Of a stretch of DNA of 64,000 nucleotides, positions 1 to 12,600 are shown piece by piece. Positions within the stretch are counted from its first letter, which is position 1; every line of letters begins with the position of its first letter. Both the position numbers and the translations under genes were made by a program. The DNA is taken from positions 835,483 through 899,482 of the forward strand of contig NMRA01000117.1 of NCBI GenBank assembly GCA_002633005.1, written 5' to 3'. The notes beneath the pieces were generated by a model that saw nothing but the letters and a program-made list of their open reading frames with translations, was not told the origin of the DNA and did not search any database. Source of the stretch: Phoronis australis. Lineage: Eukaryota > Animalia > Phoronida.

Positions 1-724
1 TGTCAATGGATTTATACATGAACTGCTTGTGCCTTCAACCTTTAATATCAAGAACTAAGATAGTGATAACTTCACGGCAATAAAAAACTGGCTGAAATGC
101 CTTTTGAGACATAGGTAGTTGGTGTGGGAGTTGTGATTCCAGACAATAGACTGCAGGAACACTGGACTAGATTAATGTGTGGATTTAGAAACCACTGTCG
201 TCTGGAGTTAATAGTAGACAACAGTTATTGGTCATGAAAGAACATTCTTTTGCTTCAAAAATTGATTTAGTTGTGGTTTAAATCCTTTTACATCGAAGTG
301 CTCAAACAGAAGTTAATATCCTTAGTACTAACATTTTGGTTGTATTAGTATTGTTTATTAACAATAAAATAGGCAAAATTTGAAACAACGTATTTCTGTG
401 TATTATACCGATACTGGTGCCTCCATTTCTCATGAATGTTTATCTATTGATATTTATTTATTATTTAAACTTGTTTTAAAGACCGCTTAAATACATCAGT
501 GAAAGCAATGATTTCCAAGGGGCTCAGTCAGAAATATTAACGTAAAATTGACTTATAGAGATGTACAATTGAGGTACCAAGAGTATTGTATTAATTGTTG
601 ACCTTCTTTAAGGTTCCATGTTTTCAGATCCTTTGCGGACCTTGAACGTATAATGTTTGGAACCAAATTTGAACTGGGGTCTTTGATCTTGTGTGTGTTT
701 TGTACTAGATGGATCACTGAAAAA

Positions 725-954
725 CAAGGCTTGGAATTTTCCTCTTTTAAGATGATTTCCTTTTGATTTGATTTCCAGTTTCTTCTCTTTTCGTCTCTTT
801 TTATCATTATGTAGACTTTGTTCATGCAAAAGCGTTTTATTTCAGTTACATTTTACAACACAAAAAATATTTTTATCGCACAAGCCTATTTGTGGAACAA
901 TTCATCAACTGGAAATTGTATTCTTTTTTTGTCTTTGGTCATTCCAACCTCTGA
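725..954. mobile_element. ~250-bp MITE family, copy 1 (others at 7451-7701, 8127-8380)
   Basis: TIR CA(A/G)GG(C/A)TTGGA...TTCCAAGCCCTG and shared T-rich body in three copies. Confidence 0.7.
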
Positions 955-1879
955 AGAAAGTGTTGGTATATTCAGTTATATGTGCAGTAACCAAAATTTA
1001 ATATTAACATTCAACAAGTAAAGCTCCGTATAATGGCTGTTGGAACCTGCCATCTGATTTTGCCATGAATAATAGAATTTCCGGCCTGCGAGTCATTCCA
1101 AGTAATTTGAGTTTCTAAAGGCTGAGTTTTGGTGTTTAAAAATGTCACAACAGTTTTCTGGTCCTAGTGGTAATTTCGTACGGTTTTTAAAAAACGCCCA
1201 GTTGCAGATGATTTCAGCTTCTAAAATGATTGCACTTTGCTCATTTGTCACCCAAAAATAATGTATCACTGTGCTCTGCCAATCTTGTATTTGATGCTTG
1301 CAAAGAACTTCTGCCATATTGGCTTTGCGTTTTGAAACCATGGCAACTAGAACTTGTGGTGGGTGCAGCCTAATTACGTTTGTTGGAGCTATCTAGCAAA
1401 ACATCTATTCCTGTTCTCTAATTGCAGAAGGCTTAGTTGCTGCTAATAATTTTAAGTAAGACAGTTGTCATGAACTTCCAATTTTGTAGGTCTTACTTAA
1501 TTAATTAAAAACTCCTTAGATGCCAGTTCTCTAATTGCAATAAGTTTCATTATCACTAACTGCTTTAATTAGGGATCATTTTGATTGCAGAGGATGTTGT
1601 CAATAATGTGTGATTAACAATTGGCCGACTCTCTTCCCAATCTGAACAGTATACAGAGGCCTCTGCTGAAATAAGCAGTGTATAAATATTGTAGATTTTA
1701 ATAACTAAAAGAAATTTAATCTGTTCATCTGGACTACGGTATGTACCGTGGTCCAGTTGAACAGATTTATTTTCTTTGATTCTGAACTTTCCCGGATGGA
1801 TAAAGATTTACATTTCAATGTGGATTTTGTTATGCGCCCACAAAAATGTGGTAGCATGTAGTTAACCTCAGGAGGAGGA

Positions 1880-2010
1880 GGATGCAGTGTTGCATTGTGG
1901 GATAAGTGTCCACTTCCTTTTACTGAAGGTCGTGGGTTTGAGTCCCACTGGGGCACACTGCTAGACACTTGAGTCAGGCGTCTAGCTCCTCAGCTTGGTT
2001 TTAACTATAT
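1880..2010 (+). mobile_element. Possible tRNA-derived SINE fragment
   Basis: A-box-like tgttgcattgtgg and B-box-like ggtttgagtccc; no complete cloverleaf. Confidence 0.4.
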
Positions 2011-2417
2011 ATTAATAAAGCATAAAAATGGTTTCAGGTGGTCAATGCAACAGGCCCACCTAAGTGGCCTGTGCACGTCTGGTATACCAATTTCATAGTG
2101 ATAAGTTGCCAAAGTCTTAAATTGATTTATGTGATGAAATATAGGTTTTTAGTCGCTTTAATATATCGAAAGTTTGGAAAAACTCTTGACTAAAGCCCGA
2201 AAATTCAATTGTCTTGTAAAAATGAATTAACTTTGAAATTTTATTTGAAGGTAACTACCAAAATGTACTGATGAAGTTGACAGCAGGTGGTGCTGATGAA
2301 ACTAAAGCAGTCTTTTAAATTATCACCTCCAAGTCCAGTGCCAATTTCACATTGCTCCATCTTAAACTCTTCTTTTGTCTAATTGCATGCTTGTGTTGTT
2401 TTCATCAGCAGTAATAT

Positions 2418-2855
2418 GAGCTCTTTCACATGGAGACAGTCTGTTCTTTATGTGTTGTGTAAGCTCTTTCACATGGAGACAGTCTTTTCTTCATGTGTTG
2501 TACAGGGTCTTTCACATGGAGACAGTCTGTTCTGTATGTGTTGTATAAGCTCTTTCACGTGGAGACAGCCTGTTTTTTATGTGTTGTATAAGGTTTTTCA
2601 CATGGAGACAGTCTGTTCTTCATGTGTTGTATAGGCTCCTTCACATGGAGACAGTCTGTTCTGTATGTGTTGTATAAGCTCTTTCACGTGGAGACAGCCT
2701 GTTCTTTATGTGTTGTATAAGGTTTTTCACATGGAGACAGTCTGTTCTTCATGTGTTGTATAGGCTCTTTCACATGGAGACAGTCTGTTCTCTATGTGTT
2801 GTATAAGTTCTTTCACGTGGAGACAGCCTGTTCTTTATGTGTTGTATGAGCTTTT
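2418..2855. repeat. 43-bp minisatellite, ~10 copies, 3-unit (129-bp) higher-order period
   Basis: gctctttcacatggagacagtctgttc...; variant cacgtggagacagcctg recurs every 129 bp. Confidence 0.92.
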
Positions 2856-3297
2856 TAAGCCGGATTTAAACCTGCTGTGAGTCACGAAAATAAACTTTTG
2901 ATTTAGTCCACTTACTGCTATGAAATTGTTCGTAGTCAACTTTGAATTCGTTATTGCGTAAAGCAAGGCTCTAGAGGTTGGCTGGTCATGGCGTGTCATT
3001 TTATGCATTGTGCATTGTTTCAATGAATAACAAACCATCGCTTCTTCCAAACCCAGTAATTACTTTCCATATGAGTAAGGAAAACTTGTGATCAGCTTTA
3101 TGGTGGTACGTGGTCCCACCTTTCTATCGCAAAACCCCTTTCTTTCCTGCTAAGTCTTTGGTAGCAACATCAGATTTTCTCCTTGTTCTGGGAATTAATC
3201 ACCAGATGGCATAGTTGATTGGCACAGTCTGAATTAAATACAAGATTGTGTTGCATGACATGACTTCTGGCAACTTCTCCCATTGCAGTGGACTTAA

Positions 3298-3506
3298 CCT
3301 TTTCCAGTGCAGGGAAGTTACACAACTCCGGAGTTTCATCAACCTATTTTGAGAGAAGTTGCGATGACTCTTTAAGTCCGGGAGTCACACTTTCCCACTG
3401 ATTGAAACCCAGCAAAACATTGAGTTGCAGAGTCAACGGGGAAAGTGACATTGAATACAAAATTCCCTTCTTGGACGGCAAGGAGCTTTACAGCTACTTA
3501 AAAGGG
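3298..3506. mobile_element. Possible piggyBac-type MITE
   Basis: TTAA|CCTTTT...AAAAGGG|TTAA. Confidence 0.4.
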
Positions 3507-4657
3507 TTAATAAGGCAGCGCCTTCAATAAAAAAAACTTTGATTTTGTCCAATTACGGTGTTATAAAATCTGCCTCATCTTGTTAGTTTAGATATGATTT
3601 CTAGGCGGCAGAAGAATTGACAGCTCATTATTGCTTCACATCAGATTCATGATGTTTGCGGGTTAGTTTCAGTTGTCTAAGCAGTATCAGGATGAGGCTT
3701 TCCTGGGAATTTCTTGTACCCAATTTCAGTTCAAACAAGCATTTGTATCAGGGTAACTAAATTGTTCTCGTCCCATTTAGATTAGTGAGATGCCTATCTT
3801 TGTAACATATTTCAAACACATCTGAAAATGATCAATCTACAGAGGTACCAAAATTTTGAAATAGATAAAAAATTAGTTTAAACATTTGTCACAGTAACCT
3901 AAAAATGGCATCAAAGTCACCAAGTTTGTTGTCATCTAAAGATGCCCCCAATTTAGTGCAAAATATTAACAAAACCTGAAATACTGTGCGAAGAGGCTGA
4001 GCATAAGACAAAACTTCATTTTCTTGCTGTGGCCTTGAAAGTGATATTAAGGTCACCAAAAGGGACTAGAACCTGGAGATGCCTTACCTACATCTTCAGT
4101 TGATACAACGTAATTATAAAGCTCTCATCTTGAGATTTCATGCCAATATGCGATTTACAAGGGCAAATGCACCTGTGAAGAAAACTGATTTTTTAACATA
4201 CGTTCTGGCGCAAAGCTGTTTGTATGTAGAAACAGTTTGTGCAAGACCTCTCAAAATCCTGCGAGTGAAAGTTTTGTGTTCTATCCTAACTGGCAAACAT
4301 GAAGTGATTGGTCAGTACAGTTGGAATGTTGAATTGTGGGATTAAGCTATGGTACAGAACTAACCGTTTCCATTCTACAAGTGAAGATTTTTCGTCACAT
4401 GTGCAAGCTCAATGTCTTGTGTTACAGAAGGCAGCCCTGGCGTTTACTTGAACCAGCATGTTTTTGCATTATTTTTGTTGAGAATTTTGTGACCATGGTA
4501 TATAGAAGGGCTGACTTTTGACAAATTTGAATGAATATGCCTGTGCCCCAGTAACTTAATCTTCCTGTGGGTGTGCAATTTTTTCATGAAAGTTGTCCAT
4601 TTTGGTCACTTGAGTTAATGCATTAATTTGAGTAACATTTCTGTGGTTTTGTTTCAG

Positions 4658-4721
4658 TTTGAGAAAACAGCTGATCACTTGTTTGAAGCCTCCTTTCATG
4701 GTCAACGAGACACTATTTGTG
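4658..4721 (+). CDS. POLR3A: POLR3A antepenultimate exon
   Basis: tttcag|TTTGAG...TGTG|gtaag; [21 protein letters not shown]. Confidence 0.93.
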
Positions 4722-6187
4722 GTAAGATCATTATTCTTCCAGTCTATTGTGGGGTGTATGCTTGTATGAATGCCTCAACCAAAAGGAAGCATTATGCTTT
4801 TGAAATGTTATGCATTTTAAGTTTTTTCTGCTGGCACAAGTGTATTGGCACTAATTTAGCAGTATTTACCCAAGTTATGGCGATCAGTGAAGACATCATA
4901 TCTTGATGGACATTATTTTGTAAGGGTGCTAAATGTGTGTGGAATTTGTTTAACAGTCTCATTTCCCTTACAGGGGTCAGCGAGTGCATTATTATGGGTA
5001 TACCAATGAGTATTGGAACAGGGATATTCAAGCTGCTCCATAGATATCCTTTGTGTAACAGCTAGTGGCTGTAAAATGCCACCGCAGGCATTACTTACCT
5101 GGTGAGGGGTACAGCATGTAATGACTTACATATTTCTGATTTGTAAGGGAAATGTTGAATGTATTAGGCAATAGGTGATTTGTAGAGACTTGATAGCAAA
5201 CAATTATAAAAATCTGTTGAATTTGTAGTTTGAAATGGGTGACATGCAGCTGGCTTTGTTTTTACATGACCTGGATTTCAAGAAATGTATAATTTGGCTC
5301 AAGTTTCTGGGTTCTCTGCCAACTGGGATGAGGATTTTCCTTCTCGTGTAACGTTTTGGGTATTTTGCATCTTGGGTATGACCTTGGTTTTGGGGCTCCA
5401 ATTTGGGTATCATTTTGGCTCCTGCAGGTGCCCAGGGTACATTCAGGTATTGTCTTGGATAGGTAAACAAAAAGATGTGGGGAAGTGATGGCAATGTGCA
5501 GAGGTGCCCTCCACCCATTGTGTTGTAAAGAACCACACCTACTAAAATCTGACTGATAGTGACTCAAGTTGCAGTTGGAATGTCCAAATAGGTCTTTTTC
5601 AAGACAACACAGTATAATTGCTTTTGCCAACCTCATAAAACAGAAGTTCATTTTATGTTCTATGTGACCATTCAGCTTTTTTTAGTCACGTTAAACCTAT
5701 GTTTTCTGTAAAGTTTTGATTTAGGCCACTTACCATTCTGAGCTTGGCCTCAAGCCGTTCCTTAGTCAAATTAACTGTGATTTCTGAGCTTGGACAAATT
5801 TGAAGTTTTGCTTTTTATTCTCATTAAACTCAGATTGACCTGAAGGGAACAGACAGTCAGTTGTCCGCTCAGATTGACCTGAAGGGAACGGACAGTCAGT
5901 TGTCCGCTCAGATTGACCTGAAGAGAACAGACAGTCAGTTGTCCACGAGCCCAGAGATCATTTCTAACCTGAGTAAAGAACTACTACTGGACCAATATTG
6001 CAGGTAGCCTGAATAAAACTTTCTTGACAGGAAGCAGGGGTTCAACACTACTTGAAAAAATTGAGTATTGTTCTGCGTTTGCAAACTTAGTAATCCTTAA
6101 TCACAGTTCACAGCAGAGAGAGAAGACACAGTTCACAGGGGCTTGCTGTTTGATACACCAGAGTTTCACATCCCCGAGGCAACATAG
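4658..6187 (+). CDS. POLR3A: RNA polymerase III largest subunit (RPC1), 3' end; exons 4658-4721, 4974-5043, 6112-6187 (upstream exons not found in window)
   Basis: Spliced translation [69 protein letters not shown] matches the conserved RPC1 C-terminus (human ...FEKTADHLF...[23 protein letters not shown]...RPLIFDTNEFHIP); exon phases are consistent. Confidence 0.95.
4974..5043 (+). CDS. POLR3A: POLR3A penultimate exon
   Basis: ttacag|GGGTC...CATAG|atatccttt; [23 protein letters not shown]. Confidence 0.93.
5044..6111 (+). other. U12-type (minor spliceosome) AT-AC intron, last intron of POLR3A
   Basis: 5' site ATATCCTTT at 5044; branch site TCCTTAAT at 6094-6101; AC at 6110-6111; removal restores the conserved RPC1 C-terminus in frame. 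Confidence 0.9.
5829..5945. repeat. 39-bp tandem repeat x3
   Basis: ctcagattgacctgaagggaacagacagtcagttgtccg. Confidence 0.9.
6112..6187 (+). CDS. POLR3A: POLR3A last coding exon
   Basis: [24 protein letters not shown]; AATAAA at 6245-6250 downstream. Confidence 0.88.
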
Positions 6188-6653
6188 CAACATTTTTAAA
6201 AAAATTGTTGTGTTGAAAGTTTGTGTTACTACTGTAGCATTTCTAATAAATTATTTCAAAATTTTCCCCAATAGATTTTCTGGCGTCCTAGTGTTTTCCA
6301 CGAAGATCTCATTTATAAATTTTAAACTACTTTCAGTGTGGATGAGTGCCCCTGTGTTTGCAGTTAAAAACTGGTGTAACAGAGCACACAAATATCCATA
6401 CAGCACTTCCAGTATGTTTGAGGTATTTATTTACTCAAAATATTTATTTCGTAAAAAATACATGAACGGTACTGAATGCTCATTGCTCATTCAGTAGAAA
6501 CAGACGTCAACTTTAAGAGTTACTACCAATTTCACCAACACTCGACAGTTATTAAAGAAATGCCTTGTCATGAAAAATGTATGGCCAAAATGAAAATGAA
6601 TTCTGACGTGTTTTATCTGGTGCCATCCAGCTTGGCGTATTGATAGGGTGGTC

Positions 6654-6668
6654 TCACATTTGCATCAG
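6654..6668 (-). CDS. XRCC5: Ku80 exon 19 coding part (LMQM*)
   Basis: ttttacttttcag|CTGATGCAAATGTGA; parallels the 4-codon last exon LDMI* of human XRCC5. Confidence 0.72.
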   Translation of the reverse strand: MMQM

Positions 6669-9600
6669 CTGAAAAGTAAAATGTAAAGCCATTAGACTGG
6701 TGCCAGAGCTTGTGAACTATTCAAGATTTTCTGATACTGTATTTCCACAGTATCTGGGCATAGAATGAAATGACACCGCTCGACACGACCAGTGTCAGTT
6801 CCTATTCACAAGGCAACCTCAAAAACCACCATTGCATAACTTACTGACACTACACACAGTCAAATTTACAATACATGAAAGATGTAAGTCATTGTCCAAG
6901 TGTGATTGCGATAGATGCATGAGCAAAATCCTTTGAAACAAAATGTCCAGGCACAACCTTCCATACCTCAACAATAGGTGCCAAGTTGACACTGTGGTAG
7001 TTAAATATTTGCACAACCTCTGTTCATTTGCATATAATTGAGCTATGTTAAGAGTGTCAAATGGTTATTATTTAACATGAATATTAAATAGTTATTACTA
7101 TACATGAATATTAACTGTTGAACCTAATGTAACCATAAACACTAGACAACAAATAAAAAACCTGTTTTGGTATTTCCAAGAAATTCAACCCAGTGAACAG
7201 TACCAAATTTAGTGCTTATGAGTAATAACAATAAAGACATAAGTAGTTTAGAACAAGAGAGGCGTAATTACCAAGTAAACCTGATTGCTAAAGCCACGCA
7301 CCGTACCACTGACTTGGCAACTCATTGGAGACACAACTTTAACTTCCTTCGCCACAGAGATAATAACTCTTGGGCTGTCTCCTGTGAGTCCATGCATTCT
7401 TGAATGATGTTTAGGTAAATAAATAAGGTATTTCTGGAAAACCTAAGAATCAAGGCTTGGACATTCCTATTTTAAGAGGATTTCCTCTTTTTGGTTTCCA
7501 TTTCCTCTCATTTGATTTCCAGTTTCCTCTTTTTGGACTCTTTTTTTATCATTATTTTTACTTTATTCGTGCAAGAATGTTTATTTCTTTTAAATTTTAC
7601 TACAGAAACGAATATGTCTATCACAGAAGCCTAAACATTTGTAGAACGATACATCACCTGGAAAATTTTCCTTATTTTGTCATTGGTCATTCAAAGCCCT
7701 GATGAATGCAGAGTGCAAGATGCACGACTCGTATGTTCCAAAATTACAGTGAACATCGCTTTAGCATACTGGATTTGGTAGAGCAAGTCATATTCACGGT
7801 AATTATGGTGAAATGACGCAATAAGAGTTTTGCATAATCTTCCCAGAACAATGGGGCAATTACTGGAAAATTACGTCTTGTTGTGTAACACCTTACTACA
7901 ATAATTGTAATCTGCTCCAGGTAATACCTCATTACCATAATTTTGTGGTATTCTTGACACTGCTAGGAAACATGCCTCATGCATAACACATTGCGTTTTC
8001 TGCACCAATCACTTCTTGTAATTCTCCAAGACAGTCTAACAACAAACTCACGCCTCGAATTCAAGTGTTCGCTTTCAAGGATGTAAAAAAAAAATGTACA
8101 TTGTATAACTGAGCTACTGAACCTATCAGGGATTGGAGTTTTCCTCTTTCATGAGGATTTCCTCTTTTTTGGTTTTAATTTCCTCTCAATTTGATTAATT
8201 TTCAGTTTCCTCTTTTTTCATCTCTTTTTATCCTTATTTTGACTTTATTCAAACAAAAACATTTCTTGCAGTTAATTTTTATTATGCAAAAATTATTTCT
8301 ATCACATAAGCCTATTTATTTGTGGAACGATACATCACCTGGAAAACTTTCCTATTTGTCATGGGTCATTCCAAGCCCTGCCTAATGCCAACAAATGACC
8401 TGGCTCTTTGAACCTACCATTGGATTCCCACAAGCTGTCTTATAGGTACACAATGTCTCTTTAAGTGGGATGCAGTTCACATTCTATTTTTGGCTTAGAA
8501 TTAAATTACAAATATAAGAATATCTCCAGTTCCCTATACAATCAAACTGAAGACATTTGGGATGTCACTGCCACCATCTGCTAAGTTAAGTCTAAGTGTG
8601 TTTCCCTTCTTGGAGCTGGACATATACTAAGTACCTTTACAAGTTTGATGGTAAGGAAACCTTTTTTACTATCAATGATTATATGCTGGTTTTAAGATTG
8701 GTACAAGAAAAACTTCACAAACATAATTAAAAAAATTAAAAAAAAACAATTGTGGATAAAAATTATATCGATGTCGACCTTTTTCATCCAGGGCAAATGA
8801 AATTTAGAGTTGTGAATTAATTATAATGTCGAAAAAAGGTTTTAATTAGGCCAGCACTGTTGACCTACTTATGCTTCAACAGCTGTCTGACTCTAAGGCC
8901 CCAGACATGTTTGCATTGTCAGGTGGAACAAGCTATTTTTACTAATATAGTAGCCAGGCTGGAATGAGTCAATTTATAAAAAGCAGAAAGACAAATATCC
9001 ATGCTACCACTACAGAGATACTGAAGTCAGCAGGTGTTTGTGAAACATTATACTCCCAACACAACCGAGCTAGATCCATTATACTCCCAACACAACCGAG
9101 CTAGATCCATTATACTCCCAACACAATTGAGCTATATCCATTATACTCCCAACACAATTGAGCTAGATCCATTATACTCCCAACACAATTGAGCTATATC
9201 CATTATACTCCCAACACAATTGAGCTAGATCCATTATACTCCCAACACAATTGAGCTATATCCAGTTCCGCAATAGATCAACAGTCATATAACTCACCAG
9301 GTCATCTGCATCTGCCTCTTCCTCTACAGGGGGTTCTTCCTGTCTGTTCACCTCGGCCTTCAAGAATGCATCCGCCTCTTCTTTTGTAACAGAACTATCC
9401 TCACTCTCCATTTTACTGATTAGGGTAAGTTTTTCTGAAATCATAGTCGTTCGTGTGACCCAAAGTTGCCAGTGTTGGACACAGATATACACATATATCT
9501 TACCAAAGAAATACAACAGTCACTACCGCTAAAACTGGTACAACTACTACAGACTATTACTGTTATTATAAGTCCCTAATACAAAAGTCACTATCGCTGT

Positions 9601-12600
9601 AACCGGTACAACTACTACAGACTATTACGGTTATTATACACTCCTAATAGAAGCCTTAACAACATATTGCTACTGGTAGGAATACGAGACCAGGAAGGGT
9701 AAAAAAGCTAAACGATTTCTTGACGTTTTTCCAAAAGCGAATGCAGAAATACATCTGTCAAACTGGGAAATCAATATAGTTAATGTCATTAGAAAGAGTA
9801 GACATTTTTTCACAAACAATAACTGCTTAATCTTTGAAAATGACTACTTCATCGCACGTTCCTGGAAAATCCCACAATCATGTCCCGGATAAGGTATAGA
9901 TGGTACTACAATCAAATTAGTTTCTTTCCCTTAATCAAAAATTACCCAGAGCGTGTGAAATCTGCAACAGCTTGTTGATAGTCAGATCGGTACAAATTTG
10001 TCATCATGTATCGTCAGCTTCAAAGGAACACATCTACCAAATTTCTTTAAAGTGTTTAAAATCATCAATTTCATATCAAAAACACCAAAAAAAAAAACCC
10101 ACCAGTCGACCAGCTGTCAAATTAGAACACCTGCAAACACTAACTGACGAAATGTTAATAAGCTGAACTCGAGGTATTACCATTTATTGGTCAAAACATC
10201 TATGTAAAATCTGGACAACCAACCACAGCACAAGTCATCCTCCATTGTGTTTCGTGTGAAGTTATTCAATATTGCTGTTTGTTTATGGTATCATAATATC
10301 ATAAGGAATGTCGAGGCATTGTGTATGTGGTGGTTGTGACCACTTAGTATTTGACCACACTGTAGGTCTTTTCACTTTCCTCCGGAACATCAGAGAAGCG
10401 TGGATATGGCACAAGTTTGTACAAGAAACTCACGTGTTGGTGGACATGACACACTGGCGCTGGGTACGATCATGCGTCACACTCATGTTCATGGAATTAA
10501 GAAGCTTTAAACTGAAGTCACTTTTACTTTCTCATTCTTGGGGTTATTGAATTCATGATTGTGATATGCAGTGCTGTTCAGGAATGTCTAACGATGCTGA
10601 CAATATAGTCACTTGTCAAAACAAAGAAACGGTGGTTTTAAGCATATTATTAAGATCCTACAAGGTGTTTAGGAATTACAGCAACAGATGTCGTACGCCC
10701 AGGCAATATACACCTATCTATAATTATGTGAGCGCATAAAAACTAAAATTGCCACTAGGGGGCACAACAGTAGTCCAATCTGTCTGAAAATTGGTACATA
10801 TGGTTCCATTCATGATAGGAGCATGGCTGCACATTTTAGAAACATCCATCAGGGGGTTTTGGAGATACAGCAGCGTATTCAAGACAGATAGACTATGATG
10901 ACGATGTAATGCGCCCACATATATATCTGTGGGTTGATAAAAATGGACTGGGAATGCTGTGAAAGATGTCGGATTCCGTAAATTCCGTCCATTTCCGTTA
11001 TCACGGAAAACTGGGGCCTCTTTTTAAAGTCACGTTAACCATCATAAACTTCTGGACTTGGTCGACCATAGTGCAGTATATACCCACTGTGCATCACTTA
11101 CCGGACACTATCATTTGCCAGAAGTCATTCCTGCTGTTGGTTGACAGAGACTCCTTCAGAGTTCGCAGACTGTGATTAAACAATGCAGACTCCATGTTCT
11201 ATAAGGTACAATAAGACAAAATGTTATGACCTCACCTTATAGGTCACTTGACTTACGATGACATTTAGTACGGGGGGGATGCAATTTATCAACTGTTCCT
11301 ATTCCCGAAACATCTGTTTCCAACTCTACTGAAAACAAATGAGACAGTGCATCTTTAACTGCCCCATTAATTTAATGGTTTAATTATGTAGCAGAGGGGG
11401 GCAGACTCTGAATGGTTTAATTATGTAGCAGAGGGGGGCAGACTCTGAATGGTTTAATTATGTAGCAGAGGGGGGCAGACTCTGAACGGTTTAATTATGT
11501 AGCAGAGGGGGACAGACTCTGAATGGTTTAATTATGTAGCAGAGGGGGGCAGACTCTGAATGGTTTAATTATGTAGCAGAGGGGGGCAGACTCTGAATGG
11601 TTTAATTATGTAGCAGAGGGGGGCAGACTCTGAATGGTTTAATTATGTAGCAGAGGGGGNNNNNNNNNNNNNNNNNNNNNNNNNNNNNNNNNNNNNNNNN
11701 NNNNNNNNNNNNNNNNNNNNNNNNNNNNNNNNNNNNNNNNNNNNNNNNNNNNNNNNNNNNNNNNNNNNNNNNNNNNNNNNNNNNNNNNNNNNNNNNNNNN
11801 NNNNNNNNNNNNNNNNNNNNNNNNNNNNNNNNNNNNNNNNNNNNNNNNNNNNNNNNNNNNNNNNNNNNNNNNNNNNNNNNNNNNNNNNNNNNNNNNNNNN
11901 NNNNNNNNNNNNNNNNNNNNNNNNNNNNNNNNNNNNNNNNNNNNNNNNNNNNNNNNNNNNNNNNNNNNNNNNNNNNNNNNNNNTTTAATTATGTAGCAGA
12001 GGGGGGCAGACTCTGAATGGTTTAATTATGCAGCAGAGGGGGCAGACTCTGAATGGTTTAATTATGTAGCAGAGGGGGGCAGACTCTGAATACCATACAT
12101 ACATAGACAACAGAAGCCAACAGGTTGAAAAACAACAGCAAAATCCTCATGGAGAATGGATTCAGATTTAATGCCAAGTCACAATTTGTAACATCTCAAC
12201 ATTTCCAAAATGTCACAGAGAATTCACAGTTCTTTGGTCAGCTCAACTTTGCTTTTGTCACACAATACTTGTCAGTCATAACGGTGAATTCTATAATTTG
12301 TGGAAAAGAAGCGATCATTTGATACAACATAAAGTAACTGCAAACCCAACAAAACACCAACAGCCTACTCGGCTCAACAAATTTCTCACATTTTGTCATA
12401 GAATTGTCAAAATGTCACATGTCACAAAATTTCAGCCAAGCCAGTTTTGTCACAGAATGTCACCATGACACAGAGAATCCAATCTCCGCCTCACAAAACC
12501 TTAGATATGCTGACACCTTCACCTTAGAACACTCGGCTCGCATCACCCTGATGCACTGCATAGCTTTGTGGTAGAGCTGAGTCCCGAATGAGTCTGTGAT

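Noticed and set aside
5092-5120. TACTTACCTGG resembling the U1 snRNA 5' end
   Set aside because: Similarity stops after ~11-20 nt, with no U1 stem-loops or Sm site; equally a chance minus-strand donor-like motif
6024-6497. 157-aa plus-strand ORF
   Set aside because: Overlaps the POLR3A last exon in a different frame and runs through the UTR; no recognisable homology
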